Part shown: positions 28,984 to 38,128 of the stretch, piece after piece | How positions within the stretch are numbered: position 1 is the first letter of the stretch | Layout: every line of letters starts with the position of its first letter | Origin: Armatimonadota bacterium | Lineage (GTDB): Bacteria > Sysuimicrobiota > Sysuimicrobiia > Sysuimicrobiales > Humicultoraceae | Assembly: GCA_037443565.1 (NCBI GenBank) | Contig: JBBIOB010000005.1 | Location: 25,019-89,018, forward strand | Length of the DNA: 64,000 bases | Reading direction: 5' to 3' | Translations under genes and position numbers: made by a program | Notes under the pieces: model-generated | Databases searched by the model: none | The model's input: the letters and a program-made list of their open reading frames with translations, nothing else | Told to the model about the DNA's origin: nothing

Positions 28984-29056
28984 GAGCAGGCTCAATGGTG
29001 GCTCGATGGCCGAGACACCCCGTCGGGATACCGGATGCGGCTCTAGGGAGGTCTGC

Positions 29057-30079
29057 ATGATGCTGGGCAGGATGGTGCTCATTCTGGCAGCCATCGGCGT
29101 GCTGCTCGTCGGGATGCTCCCGGCGTCGGCTCAGCCGGCAGCGATCGTCGTGTATTCCGGGAGGCGGGAGCCGCTGATCCTGCCCCTAATCGAACGCTTC
29201 CGGAGTGGGGCGCGGATCCCGGTGACGGTTCGCTCCGGCGGCATCGGCGAACTGGCCAACCTGGTCCTCGAGGAGCGCAGCCGGCCCCGGGCCGATGCCT
29301 TAGTCTCCAACGAAGTGTCGGTCCTAGAGGTCCTGCGGCGAGAGGGTGTGCTCGACCCGTACCTGGGGGCCGCGGTGCGGCATGTGCCGCGGGAGTTCCG
29401 GGCACACGACGGGACCTGGATCGGTCTCTCCCTGCGGGCCCACGTGCTCATGGTCAACCGGGACCGGCTGCGGGAGCTCGGCCTGGAGCCGCCGGCGTCG
29501 ATGACCGACCTGGGCGATCCCAGATGGCGCGGCCGGATCGTGATGCCGGTCCTGACCAACGAGTATGTTGTCGCCTGGCTGTCCGCGCTGCGCCTGGCGC
29601 GCGGCGACGGCTGGACCGAGGAGTTCCTCCGGAGACTGCGCGAGAACCGGCCGATCCACGTGGCTGGCGGCACTCAAGTTCGGCAGGCCGTGGCCCGCGG
29701 CGAAGCCGCCGTCGGCGTGGCCAACCACTATTACTATCATCTCCAAGTTGCCGAGGGGAGCCGGAACATCGACATCGTCTACCCTGATCAAGCGCCCGAC
29801 GGGATGGGCGTGCTGGTCTCCCCGACAGGGGTCGCGATCATCATGGGCGGGCCGAATCCAGCCGGGGCCCGCAGGCTCGTCGACTTCCTCGCCGGCGACC
29901 GCACCGCGCAGGGGTTCTACGCGCGCGCCAACTACGAGTACCCGATCATCGACGGCATCCCGGTGCATCCCGACGTCCGGCCGCTGGCCCGCGTGAAGCG
30001 GATGACCGTGACCTACCAGCAGCTCGGCGAACTGCGGGACAGCACGCTGCGGCTGATCCGTGAGGGTGCCTTCCGCTAG
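29057..30079 (+). CDS. Fe(III) ABC transporter substrate-binding protein (FbpA/FutA-like)
   Basis: VYSGR, ANHYYY (Tyr iron ligands) and NYEYP motifs. Confidence 0.88.
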   Translation: MMLGRMVLILAAIGVLLVGMLPASAQPAAIVVYSGRREPLILPLIERFRSGARIPVTVRSGGIGELANLVLEERSRPRADALVSNEVSVLEVLRREGVLDPYLGAAVRHVPREFRAHDGTWIGLSLRAHVLMVNRDRLRELGLEPPASMTDLGDPRWRGRIVMPVLTNEYVVAWLSALRLARGDGWTEEFLRRLRENRPIHVAGGTQVRQAVARGEAAVGVANHYYYHLQVAEGSRNIDIVYPDQAPDGMGVLVSPTGVAIIMGGPNPAGARRLVDFLAGDRTAQGFYARANYEYPIIDGIPVHPDVRPLARVKRMTVTYQQLGELRDSTLRLIREGAFR

Positions 30080-31700
30080 CGCGGGGACCCTGATCACCGC
30101 GCGGCCGCCAGCCGGGCGCCGTGCGGTTCCCTGGGCCCTGCTGCTGTCGTCGGCGGCCGTTGCTGCCGTCATCGCCGGCCCGATGGTCTTCCTCATCGCG
30201 CGGGCCCTTGCCGGCGGCCAGACGACGCTGGCGGTACTGCTGGCCCCGCGCACGCTACACCTGCTGCTGTCCACCCTTGCGCTGGCCGCGGCCGCGAGTG
30301 CGCTGTCTCTGGCGCTCGGCGCGGCCCTGGCGTTCGTGGTGGAGCGGACCGACCTGCCGCGGAAGGGGTTCTGGCGGGTGGCCCTGGCGCTGCCGCTGGC
30401 CATCCCCCCGTACATCGGCGCGATCGTCTACCTCGATCTGCTCAGCCGCGGGGGCCTCCTCGACCGGGTCGCCGGGATTGCTCTGCCGCCGACAGGCCTG
30501 GCCGGCGCGGCGTGCGTGGTCGGGCTCTTCACCTATCCGTACAGCTTCCTGTTGACCTCGGCGGCGCTGCGGCGGATCAACCGTAGTCTTGAAGAAGTCG
30601 CGCGCACGACCGGTCTGGGGCCGCTGCGCATCTTCTGGACGGTCACCCTGCCGCTGATCCGTCCGGCGATCGGGGCGGGCATCTTCTTCCCGTCGCTGTA
30701 CGCCCTTTCCGACTTCGGCACGATGGTGCTGCTCCGGTACGACACTCTGGCCACCGAGCTCTTCTATCAGCTCACCGCGCTGTTCGACCGGTCGGCCGCC
30801 GCGGCGCTCGGCGCCGCCGCCATCGCCCTCACCCTGGGCTTTCTCTGGTTGGAGGCCCGGCTGCGCGGCCGGGGCCGCCACTACCAGACCGACGCGTCAT
30901 GGCGGCCGCCTGCGCCACTTCGTTTGGGGCGCCGTCGCGCGGCTGCACTGGCCCTGGTGGGCGGCGTGGCAGGTCTCGCTCTGGCCGTGCCTGCCGGGGC
31001 CCTGGCGGCATGGGCGCTTCAGGGCGCCTTCTACCCATCGCCCGCAGAGCAGATGTGGATGTCGAGTGCCGCCAGTCCGTGGCGGGCTGCGTGGGAGAGC
31101 CTCAGCATCAGCGGCGTTGCGGCGACGGTGATCGTCGCGCTGGCGCTCCCGCTGGCCTACCTGCGCACGAGGTTCCCCGGCGCCGAGGCCTGGGCCATCT
31201 GGGTCATGGGACAGACGGGATACGCGCTGCCGGGCATCGTCGTGGTCCTCGGCGTGGCCTTCCTGACCAACACCGTGGCGCCGTGGCTCTACGGTACCCT
31301 GGTGGTGATGGTGGGGGCGTTCATGGTGCGCTACATGTCGCAGGCGCTGCGGGCGGTCGAGTCCGGGCTCTCACAGGTCCCACCCCGGCTCGGCGAGGCC
31401 GCCAGAGGGCTGGGCGAGCGGCCGGCAGGCGTGTTCCGCCGGATCGAGATGCCACTGCTGCGCTCGAGCCTCGTCGCGGGATGGGCGCTGGTGTTCCTCA
31501 ATGTCCTCAAGGATTTGCCGGTGAATCTCTTGTTGCGGCCCGCGGGCTTTGATACGCTGCCGGTACGCACCTGGCTGTCGGCCACCGACGGCATCTACAC
31601 GCAGGCTGCGCTGCCGGGCCTGCTGTTGATCGTGTGCGCGGCGGTGCCCCTGGTGCTGCTGCTCCGCGGCGAGGCTGCCCAACGGTTGGAGATCACATGA
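30060..31700 (+). CDS. Fe(III) ABC transporter permease (FbpB-like)
   Basis: Duplicated permease with two EAA loops (LEEVAR..G, LGEAAR.LG). Confidence 0.9.
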   Translation: MRVPSASAGTLITARPPAGRRAVPWALLLSSAAVAAVIAGPMVFLIARALAGGQTTLAVLLAPRTLHLLLSTLALAAAASALSLALGAALAFVVERTDLPRKGFWRVALALPLAIPPYIGAIVYLDLLSRGGLLDRVAGIALPPTGLAGAACVVGLFTYPYSFLLTSAALRRINRSLEEVARTTGLGPLRIFWTVTLPLIRPAIGAGIFFPSLYALSDFGTMVLLRYDTLATELFYQLTALFDRSAAAALGAAAIALTLGFLWLEARLRGRGRHYQTDASWRPPAPLRLGRRRAAALALVGGVAGLALAVPAGALAAWALQGAFYPSPAEQMWMSSAASPWRAAWESLSISGVAATVIVALALPLAYLRTRFPGAEAWAIWVMGQTGYALPGIVVVLGVAFLTNTVAPWLYGTLVVMVGAFMVRYMSQALRAVESGLSQVPPRLGEAARGLGERPAGVFRRIEMPLLRSSLVAGWALVFLNVLKDLPVNLLLRPAGFDTLPVRTWLSATDGIYTQAALPGLLLIVCAAVPLVLLLRGEAAQRLEIT

Positions 31701-32860
31701 GGAACACGCCGCCGAACCCTCGGGTGGTCGTCATCCAGGACGTCGTCCGCCGATTCGACGACGGCGCGGCCGCGGTCGACGGCTTCTCCCTCGAGGTCGC
31801 CCAGGGTGAGATCCTCGCGCTGCTCGGGCCCAGCGGCAGTGGGAAGACCACGGTCCTGCGCCTCGTCGCCGGCTTCGAGAGGCCGGACGCCGGCGCGATC
31901 TGGATCGCCGGCCGGCAGGTCGCCGGCGGAGGAGTGTGGATCCCACCGGAGGCGCGCGGCGTCGGCATGGTCTTCCAGGACTACGCGCTCTTTCCCCACC
32001 TCACCGTCGCCGAGAACGTCGCGTTCGGGCTGCGGTGCCTGCTGGCGATTGATCGGGGCCCGCGCACCCAGGAGGTGCTCTCGCTCGTCGGCATGGAAGG
32101 GTTCGCGGTGCGGTATCCGCACGAGCTGTCGGGCGGGCAGCAGCAGCGCGTGGCGCTCGCACGCGCCATGGCGCCGCGGCCGTTTGCCGTGTTGCTCGAC
32201 GAGCCGTTCTCGAACCTCGATGCCGACCTGCGCGGGCAGTTGCGCGAGGAGGTCCGCGCCATCCTCAAAGCCACCGGCACCAGCGCCATCTTCGTCACGC
32301 ACGATCAAGAAGAAGCCCTGTTGCTTGGGGATCGTGTCGCCGTGATCAACCACGGTCGGCTCGAGCAGGTCGGCACGCCGGAAGGGATCTTCCACGCTCC
32401 GCAGACGCGGTTCGTGGCCGCGTTCTTCGGCCGCGCGGACTTCTTGCCCGCCGCAGCAACCAGTCACGGGCTTCTGACCGAGGCGGGGCTCGTCGCCCAG
32501 CGGATGGCACCCGCCAACGGCGAGCCCATCGCCGAGCAGGTCGAGATTCTCGTGCGTCCCGACGACGTGGAGATCGAGCCCTCGGCTGATGGCCAGGGCA
32601 CCGTGGTGGCCCGGCTGTTTGTCGGATCCGAGATCATCTATCGAGTTCAGCTTCCCTCGGGACGTGTCGTGCACAGCCGGCAGCCGCATACCGCCGGGGT
32701 GATGCAGGGCGACCGGGTGGCCGTGCGGATTGCCCCCGGGCATTCACTGGTCTGTTTCAAGGACGGCCGCGCGGTGCCGACGCCCAGGCCACCTTCCGAC
32801 GGCGAGGGGTCCGCGGATGGAATGATCTCGCGCCGCACGATGGTTTCAGGGGACGGATGA
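31697..32860 (+). CDS. Fe(III) ABC transporter ATP-binding protein (FbpC-like)
   Basis: GPSGSGKTT, FQDYALFPH, LSGGQQQR and a C-terminal TOBE region. Confidence 0.92.
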   Translation: MRNTPPNPRVVVIQDVVRRFDDGAAAVDGFSLEVAQGEILALLGPSGSGKTTVLRLVAGFERPDAGAIWIAGRQVAGGGVWIPPEARGVGMVFQDYALFPHLTVAENVAFGLRCLLAIDRGPRTQEVLSLVGMEGFAVRYPHELSGGQQQRVALARAMAPRPFAVLLDEPFSNLDADLRGQLREEVRAILKATGTSAIFVTHDQEEALLLGDRVAVINHGRLEQVGTPEGIFHAPQTRFVAAFFGRADFLPAAATSHGLLTEAGLVAQRMAPANGEPIAEQVEILVRPDDVEIEPSADGQGTVVARLFVGSEIIYRVQLPSGRVVHSRQPHTAGVMQGDRVAVRIAPGHSLVCFKDGRAVPTPRPPSDGEGSADGMISRRTMVSGDG

Positions 32861-33597
32861 ACGCGCAGCGCCGTGGTTGGCTGGGCACAGCCCTCACCGC
32901 CCGATCGAGTGGGTGGCTCCTCGATCTACGCGGGGGCGCGCTGCCCTACGGCGAGGTCTGGGTGTGGCAGCGCGAGCTGCTGCGGGCGCGGCAGAACGGC
33001 GCCATCCCTGACGTGCTGCTCCTCCTGGAGCACCTGCCGGTCGTGACGCTCGGCCGCAGTACCCAGCGGTCGCACCTGCTGCTCGACCGTCAGGCGCTCG
33101 CCGCGCGGAGCATCGAGGTGTACGAGATCGAGCGCGGAGGGAGTGTCACCTACCATGGGCCGGGCCAGCTCATCGGGTACCCGATTCTCGATCTTCGCCG
33201 GTGGCGTGACGATGTCGGGTGGTTCGTGCGGACGCTCGAAGCGACGATCATCGAGACCCTGGCGGCCTTTGGCATCGACGCCGGCCGACGACCCGGCTTC
33301 CCTGGCGTCTGGGTCGGGGAGGCCAAGATCTGCGCGCTGGGCGTTGCCGTCAGACGCCATGTCACCATGCACGGGTTTGCCCTGAACGTGACCACCGACC
33401 TCGACGGATTCGGGGTCATCAACCCATGCGGTCTCGGCCTCCCGGTCACGTCCATGGCCGCGGTGCTCGGTCGCCCTGTGGATCTCGAAACCGTCCGACG
33501 GGTATGCGCCGAGCGATTCGCCGACCTCTTCGGCCTACGGTTCGATCGGATCACGCTCGATGCGGCGCGGGCCGCCGCCGGGGCGGTGGGGGTGTAG
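32857..33597 (+). CDS. lipB: octanoyltransferase
   Basis: LEH.PV.TLG, RGGSVTYHGPGQ, KICALG, HGFALN and NPCG motifs. Confidence 0.93.
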   Translation: MNAQRRGWLGTALTARSSGWLLDLRGGALPYGEVWVWQRELLRARQNGAIPDVLLLLEHLPVVTLGRSTQRSHLLLDRQALAARSIEVYEIERGGSVTYHGPGQLIGYPILDLRRWRDDVGWFVRTLEATIIETLAAFGIDAGRRPGFPGVWVGEAKICALGVAVRRHVTMHGFALNVTTDLDGFGVINPCGLGLPVTSMAAVLGRPVDLETVRRVCAERFADLFGLRFDRITLDAARAAAGAVGV

Positions 33598-33603
33598 CCG
33601 GCG

Positions 33604-33897
33604 GTGGCGACGGTGCTGATTCCCGCCCCCCTGCGGCAGTTGACCGGCGGACGGTCGCGCGTCGAGATCGCGGCGACGTCGGTCGGTGAAGTGCTCGACC
33701 GTCTGGACGCTGAGCACCCGGGCGTGCGCAGCTACCTGTGCGACGAGACCGGGCAGGTGAGAGCGTACATCAACGTGTTCGTGAACCAGACCGAAATCCG
33801 TCAGGCCGGCGGCCTGCAGGCGCCGGTAGGTCCGGCCGATGAGGTTGCGATCATCCCCGCGATGGCCGGGGGTGGCTCGGCCCTCGCGGCAAGGTGA
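33604..33897 (+). CDS. MoaD/ThiS/CysO-like ubiquitin-fold sulfur carrier with C-terminal extension
   Basis: V.IP.PLR.LTGG, INVFVN and IIPAMAGG followed by GSALAAR. Confidence 0.88.
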   Translation: MATVLIPAPLRQLTGGRSRVEIAATSVGEVLDRLDAEHPGVRSYLCDETGQVRAYINVFVNQTEIRQAGGLQAPVGPADEVAIIPAMAGGGSALAAR

Positions 33898-34739
33898 TGG
33901 CTACGACGTCGCCGGCCTCGGCTGATCCGACCACTCCCTCCGCCCCACGGCTGCCCACGCTGAGAATCGTTCCGTCATCCGCGGTCCTGCTGCACGAGGA
34001 CAGCGACCCGCTGCGGGTTGAGCGGCTGGTGCAGGTCCTGGCGGCCGACGGCGTACTGCGCAATCCGCCGGTGGCCGCGGCATTGGAACATGGGGAGTAC
34101 GTGATTCTCGACGGCGCCAATCGGGTCACCGCGCTCGCCCGGGCCGGCTATCCGGACCAGCTCATTCAACTGGTCGAGTACGATGATGCGCGTGTGGCTC
34201 TGGAGGTCTGGGCGCACCTACTGAATGACGAAGCGGTCCTGCCGTCCGGCGGTGACTGGGAACGCCTGCCGGCGGACGCAGTCCACGCCGGGTTGACCGA
34301 CGGCAGGCTCTCGTGCGGCATCATCACGCACGCGGGCGCCCGAGGGCTGCCCTCGCCGCCCGATCTGGCCGGGCGCATCGCCGCGATCAGCAACGTGGTG
34401 GCGCACTACGCGGGCCGAACCCAGATCTACCGCGTGCCCCCCGCACCACTGGAGGCGCTCGGGCAGGAGTTCGGCCGGGCCGGGGGGCTTGTGGTGTTTC
34501 CGCGGTTGACGAAGGCCGACATCCGCGACACCGCGCGTCTCCCGATCAAGCTGCCCAGTGGGATCAGCCGGCACATCGTGCAAGACCGCGCGTTGCGCGT
34601 CAATGTCGATCTGGCGCTGCTGCGCAGCGACACGCCCCTCGCCGACAAGCAGGCACGGCTGGATGCGATGATCCGAGACCGAGTCGCTCAGCACCGCGTG
34701 CGCCGGTATCCGGAGTCCACCGTGCTCTTCGATGACTGA
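33894..34739 (+). CDS. ParB/Srx-fold protein, SbnI/SerK-like free L-serine kinase
   Basis: LLHE..DP.R..RL......G.LRNP and YVILDGANR motifs; C-terminal LP.GISRH. Confidence 0.7.
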   Translation: MMATTSPASADPTTPSAPRLPTLRIVPSSAVLLHEDSDPLRVERLVQVLAADGVLRNPPVAAALEHGEYVILDGANRVTALARAGYPDQLIQLVEYDDARVALEVWAHLLNDEAVLPSGGDWERLPADAVHAGLTDGRLSCGIITHAGARGLPSPPDLAGRIAAISNVVAHYAGRTQIYRVPPAPLEALGQEFGRAGGLVVFPRLTKADIRDTARLPIKLPSGISRHIVQDRALRVNVDLALLRSDTPLADKQARLDAMIRDRVAQHRVRRYPESTVLFDD

Positions 34740-35710
34740 TGTCCGACGACTTCGTGTACGGGCCGTCCCGTCAGATCGGAACGACGCTCCTGGAGCAGAT
34801 TGGTCATACACCGCTGGTGCGGATCAGGCGCATCGGCGACCTGCCGCCCGCCGTCGAGCTGTACGCGAAACTGGAGGGCTTCAACCCCGGTGGATCCGTG
34901 AAGGACCGTCCGGTCCTACGCATGATCGAAGACGCCGAGCGGGCCGGCCTCCTGCCGGAGTCGGGGGACACGCCGACTCTCCTCGATTCGTCGAGCGGTA
35001 ATGCGGGCATCGCCTACGCGATGATCGGCGTGGTCAAGGGGTACCGCGTCACCCTGGTCGTACCGGCGAACGTCACGCAGGAGCGGCTGGGGATCCTGCG
35101 CGCCTACGGCGCAGAGCTGGTGCTCTCCGACCCCCTCGAAGGGTCTGACGGCGCAATGCGGATCGCCCAGCGCATGGTCGAGGAGCAGCCCGATCGGTAT
35201 CTCTATCTCAACCAGTACGCCAACCCAGGGAACTGGCGCGCCCACTACGACGGCACCGGACCGGAGGTTCTCGTCCAGACGCATGGCCGCGTTACGCACT
35301 TCGTGGCAGGGGTGGGAACGACCGGGACCCTGGTGGGCGCGGGGCGGCGGCTGCGGGAAGCCAATCCGACGGTTGAAGTGATCGCCGCAGAACCCGACGG
35401 CGCCCTGCACGGCATCGAGGGGTGGAAGCATCTGCCGACCGCGATCACGCCCGCCATCTACGATCCCGGTGTTGCACACCGGATCGTCCGGGTCACGACC
35501 GAAGACGCCTACGGCATGACCCGACGACTCGCCACGTGTGAAGGCCTGTTCGTGGGGATTTCCTCAGGCGCCGCCCTCGTGGCCGGGCTCCACGTGGCGC
35601 GGGACCTGACCGACGGGGTCGTCGTCGTGATCTTTCCCGATGCAGGGGATCGATATCTGTCCACCCCGGTCTGGCGCGGGGGTCCCGCCGGCGCATCCGA
35701 CCGTGTATAA
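34739..35710 (+). CDS. PLP-dependent cysteine synthase family (CysM / O-phosphoserine sulfhydrylase-like)
   Basis: IGHTPLV, KLEG.NP.GSVKDR, SSGNAG, NQY.N, GTTGT and GISSGA motifs. Confidence 0.9.
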   Translation: MSDDFVYGPSRQIGTTLLEQIGHTPLVRIRRIGDLPPAVELYAKLEGFNPGGSVKDRPVLRMIEDAERAGLLPESGDTPTLLDSSSGNAGIAYAMIGVVKGYRVTLVVPANVTQERLGILRAYGAELVLSDPLEGSDGAMRIAQRMVEEQPDRYLYLNQYANPGNWRAHYDGTGPEVLVQTHGRVTHFVAGVGTTGTLVGAGRRLREANPTVEVIAAEPDGALHGIEGWKHLPTAITPAIYDPGVAHRIVRVTTEDAYGMTRRLATCEGLFVGISSGAALVAGLHVARDLTDGVVVVIFPDAGDRYLSTPVWRGGPAGASDRV

Positions 35711-35718
35711 TTGAGTAA

Positions 35719-36132
35719 ATGGGTCTAGAATTGCCGAAGGCGGCGGTGACGGCCATCGTCGGGCACGCCCGGGACGAGTACCCAAACGAGTGCTGCGGCT
35801 TGCTGGCCGGCCGCGGCACCAGGGTCGAACGGCTGTTCCGCGGACGGAACGTCGACCGGAGCCCGTACACCTATCGGCTCGACCCGCAGGAGCAGCTGCA
35901 GTTCTTCAAGGCGATCGAGGCCGAGGGGTTGGAGCTGCTGGGCATCTACCACTCGCACACGCAGTCGCCGGCGTACCCGTCGCGGACGGACGTGGCCCGG
36001 GCCTTCTATCCCGACGCCGCGTACGTGATCGTGTCGCTGCGGAACCAGACGTCGGATCCCGGCGATCCCGAGATCCGGGCGTTTCGCATCAGGGACGGCC
36101 AGGTGACCGAAGAGGAGCTGGTCGAAGTATGA
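35719..36132 (+). CDS. M67/JAMM metallopeptidase (Mec+-like)
   Basis: P.ECCG and YHSHT...AYPS.TD JAMM motif. Confidence 0.92.
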   Translation: MGLELPKAAVTAIVGHARDEYPNECCGLLAGRGTRVERLFRGRNVDRSPYTYRLDPQEQLQFFKAIEAEGLELLGIYHSHTQSPAYPSRTDVARAFYPDAAYVIVSLRNQTSDPGDPEIRAFRIRDGQVTEEELVEV

Positions 36133-36560
36133 AGGTGTCCACGCGGGCCGAGTACGGCATCCGCGCGCTGCTCGAACTGGCTGCCCACTATGGGCAGGGG
36201 CCGATGCAGACACACGTGATCGCCCAGCGGCGGGGTCTGCCTGAACCCTATCTCAACCAGCTGATGAGCACGCTGCGGCAGGCGGGACTGGTGACGAGCA
36301 AGCGCGGCCCAACGGGTGGGCACGCGCTGGCCCGGCCGCCGGAGGCCATCAGCTTGCGTGAAGCCTTCAGTGTGCTGGAAGGCACCACGTCGCCGTGGTG
36401 GTGTGTCGAAGTGGACGATCCCGACTGCGACTACGCCGCTGGCTGCGGGCTGCGGCCGGTGTGGCGGGCCCTCCAGGCCGCCGCCGAAGGCGTACTCGAC
36501 CGGCTCACGCTGGCTGACCTGCGCGCTGAACGCGATCGCCAGCCAGCGGCCCGCCGGTAG
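36129..36560 (+). CDS. Rrf2 family regulator (IscR/CymR-like, three Cys)
   Basis: STRAEYG, YL.Q....L, S.RG..GG..L and C-x7-C-x5-C. Confidence 0.9.
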   Translation: MKVSTRAEYGIRALLELAAHYGQGPMQTHVIAQRRGLPEPYLNQLMSTLRQAGLVTSKRGPTGGHALARPPEAISLREAFSVLEGTTSPWWCVEVDDPDCDYAAGCGLRPVWRALQAAAEGVLDRLTLADLRAERDRQPAARR

Positions 36561-36569
36561 CGGGCGCAA

Positions 36570-36597
36570 GGAAATACCGGGGCGCCGTCTCGCGTTG
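36570..36597 (+). promoter_or_regulatory. candidate SigR/SigH-type promoter
   Basis: GGAAAT-N18-GTTG just upstream of the ECF sigma gene; consensus is GGAAT-N18-GTT. Confidence 0.5.
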
Positions 36598-36611
36598 ACC
36601 ATGGCGGCGCT

Positions 36612-37262
36612 ATGGGTGCGTGTGCGGTGAACGCTGATTACAGAGGCGCGACCCTGACCGACGAGGAGCGCGACCGCTTCGAGGCGATCGTCAACGAGCA
36701 CCTCGATGGGCTGTACGGGACCGCCCTGCGCCTGACGCGCAATCGTGCGACGGCCGAGGACCTGGTCCAGGACACATTTCTGAAAGCCTGGCGATCGTTT
36801 CGCACCTTCCAGGCCGGCACGAATGCCCGCGCGTGGCTGTACAAGATCCTCATGAACGCGTACATCGATAGCTACCGGCGGTCGAGCCGCGCGCCCGACA
36901 TCGTGGACCACGAGGACGTGGGGGACTTCTACCTCTACGCCAAGGCGCAGGAGAGCGAGGACCTGAAGCGCGCCGGCGATCCCGAGGAGATCCTGCTCTC
37001 AAAGATCATGGACGCCGATGTCAAGGACGCGCTCGAGCAGGTGCCCGAGCCGTTCCGGGCGGCGGTCATCCTGGCCGACCTCCAGGACTTCTCCTACCGG
37101 GAGATCGCCGACATCCTGGAGATCCCGATCGGCACGGTCATGTCGAGGCTCTACCGAGGCCGGCGCCACCTGCAGCGCCTGCTGTGGGACTACGCAAAGC
37201 GGGCCGGGTACACCAACGGGGAAACGTCGCCCCCGTCGACGCCATCTCCCGTGGTGCCATGA
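36612..37262 (+). CDS. ECF sigma factor (SigR/SigH-like)
   Basis: AEDLVQDT..KA, GTN.RAWL..IL.N and YREIA.IL.IPIGTVMSRL.RGR motifs. Confidence 0.92.
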   Translation: MGACAVNADYRGATLTDEERDRFEAIVNEHLDGLYGTALRLTRNRATAEDLVQDTFLKAWRSFRTFQAGTNARAWLYKILMNAYIDSYRRSSRAPDIVDHEDVGDFYLYAKAQESEDLKRAGDPEEILLSKIMDADVKDALEQVPEPFRAAVILADLQDFSYREIADILEIPIGTVMSRLYRGRRHLQRLLWDYAKRAGYTNGETSPPSTPSPVVP

Positions 37263-37495
37263 GCGAGATCGACTGCAACGAAGTGCTCCGGCGCCTCTGG
37301 GCGTATCTCGACGGCGAAGCCGACGAGGCCGCCTGCCAGGACCTCGAGGTGCACATCGCGCGCTGCCTGGGGTGTCGGCACCAAGTCGACTTCGAAGTCC
37401 GCCTGCGGCAGATCATCCAGAGCAAGTGCCGGAGCGAGCCCGCGCCTCAGAAGCTCCGCGAGGACTTGCGGCGACTGCTGGGTAACTCTCCTTAG
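37259..37495 (+). CDS. zinc anti-sigma factor (RsrA/RshA-like)
   Basis: C..V...L..YLDGE and HxxxCxxC (HIARCLGC); ATGA overlap with the sigma gene. Confidence 0.9.
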   Translation: MSEIDCNEVLRRLWAYLDGEADEAACQDLEVHIARCLGCRHQVDFEVRLRQIIQSKCRSEPAPQKLREDLRRLLGNSP

Positions 37496-37527
37496 GCACG
37501 AGCCCCATCCCGTCCAAGGAGGGTCCC

Positions 37528-37908
37528 ATGTCCAAAGAGGTCATTCGCAGCGATCAGGCGCCGCTGCCCATCGGCCCATACTCGCAGGCGATCCGCGCCG
37601 GAGGCCTGCTGTACCTGGCCGGGCAGATCCCCCTTGACCCGGCGACCGGGCAGATCGTGGGCGCCGACATCAAGGCGCAGACACGCCAGGTGCTGGCGAA
37701 CCTGTCGGCGGTCCTCGGCGCCGCCGGCTCCTCGTTCGACCGCGTCGTGAAGACCACGATCTTCCTCAAGGACATGAACGACTTCGGGGCGATGAACGAG
37801 GAGTACGCGAGCGCGTTCCGCGAGTTGCCCCCGGCCCGCACCACGGTGCAGGTCGCACGGCTGCCCCGCGACGCGCTGGTGGAGATCGACTGCATCGCGC
37901 TGGCGTAG
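37528..37908 (+). CDS. ridA: RidA/YjgF enamine deaminase
   Basis: [22 protein letters not shown] and VEI motifs. Confidence 0.93.
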   Translation: MSKEVIRSDQAPLPIGPYSQAIRAGGLLYLAGQIPLDPATGQIVGADIKAQTRQVLANLSAVLGAAGSSFDRVVKTTIFLKDMNDFGAMNEEYASAFRELPPARTTVQVARLPRDALVEIDCIALA

Positions 37909-38050
37909 CACCTGCCGGCGACTTACGCGCTGTGGCTCATTGGGACCGTTCTGGTCCCATCCTACTGTGGTACTATCAGGATGATCTGTCCGCCGGAGCG
38001 TCAGGGTGAACCATCGCATCGGCGGATGGATCCAGGGGCTTGCGACGCAC

Positions 38051-38124
38051 TGGGGGGTCGGCTAACGGCAAGCCGGCGGTCTTTGGAACCGCAGATTCAG
38101 GTTCGAGTCCTGGCCCCCCAGCCA
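38051..38124 (+). tRNA. tRNA-Gln (anticodon TTG), CCA encoded
   Basis: TGGGGGG/CCCCCCA acceptor stem, GCGGT-CTTTGGA-ACCGC anticodon arm, GGTTCGAGTCC T-arm. Confidence 0.95.
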
Positions 38125-38128
38125 CCTC

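Noticed and set aside
33894-34739. Chromosome-partitioning ParB
   Set aside because: No HTH or parA; the LLHE motif and context fit SbnI/SerK-type kinases
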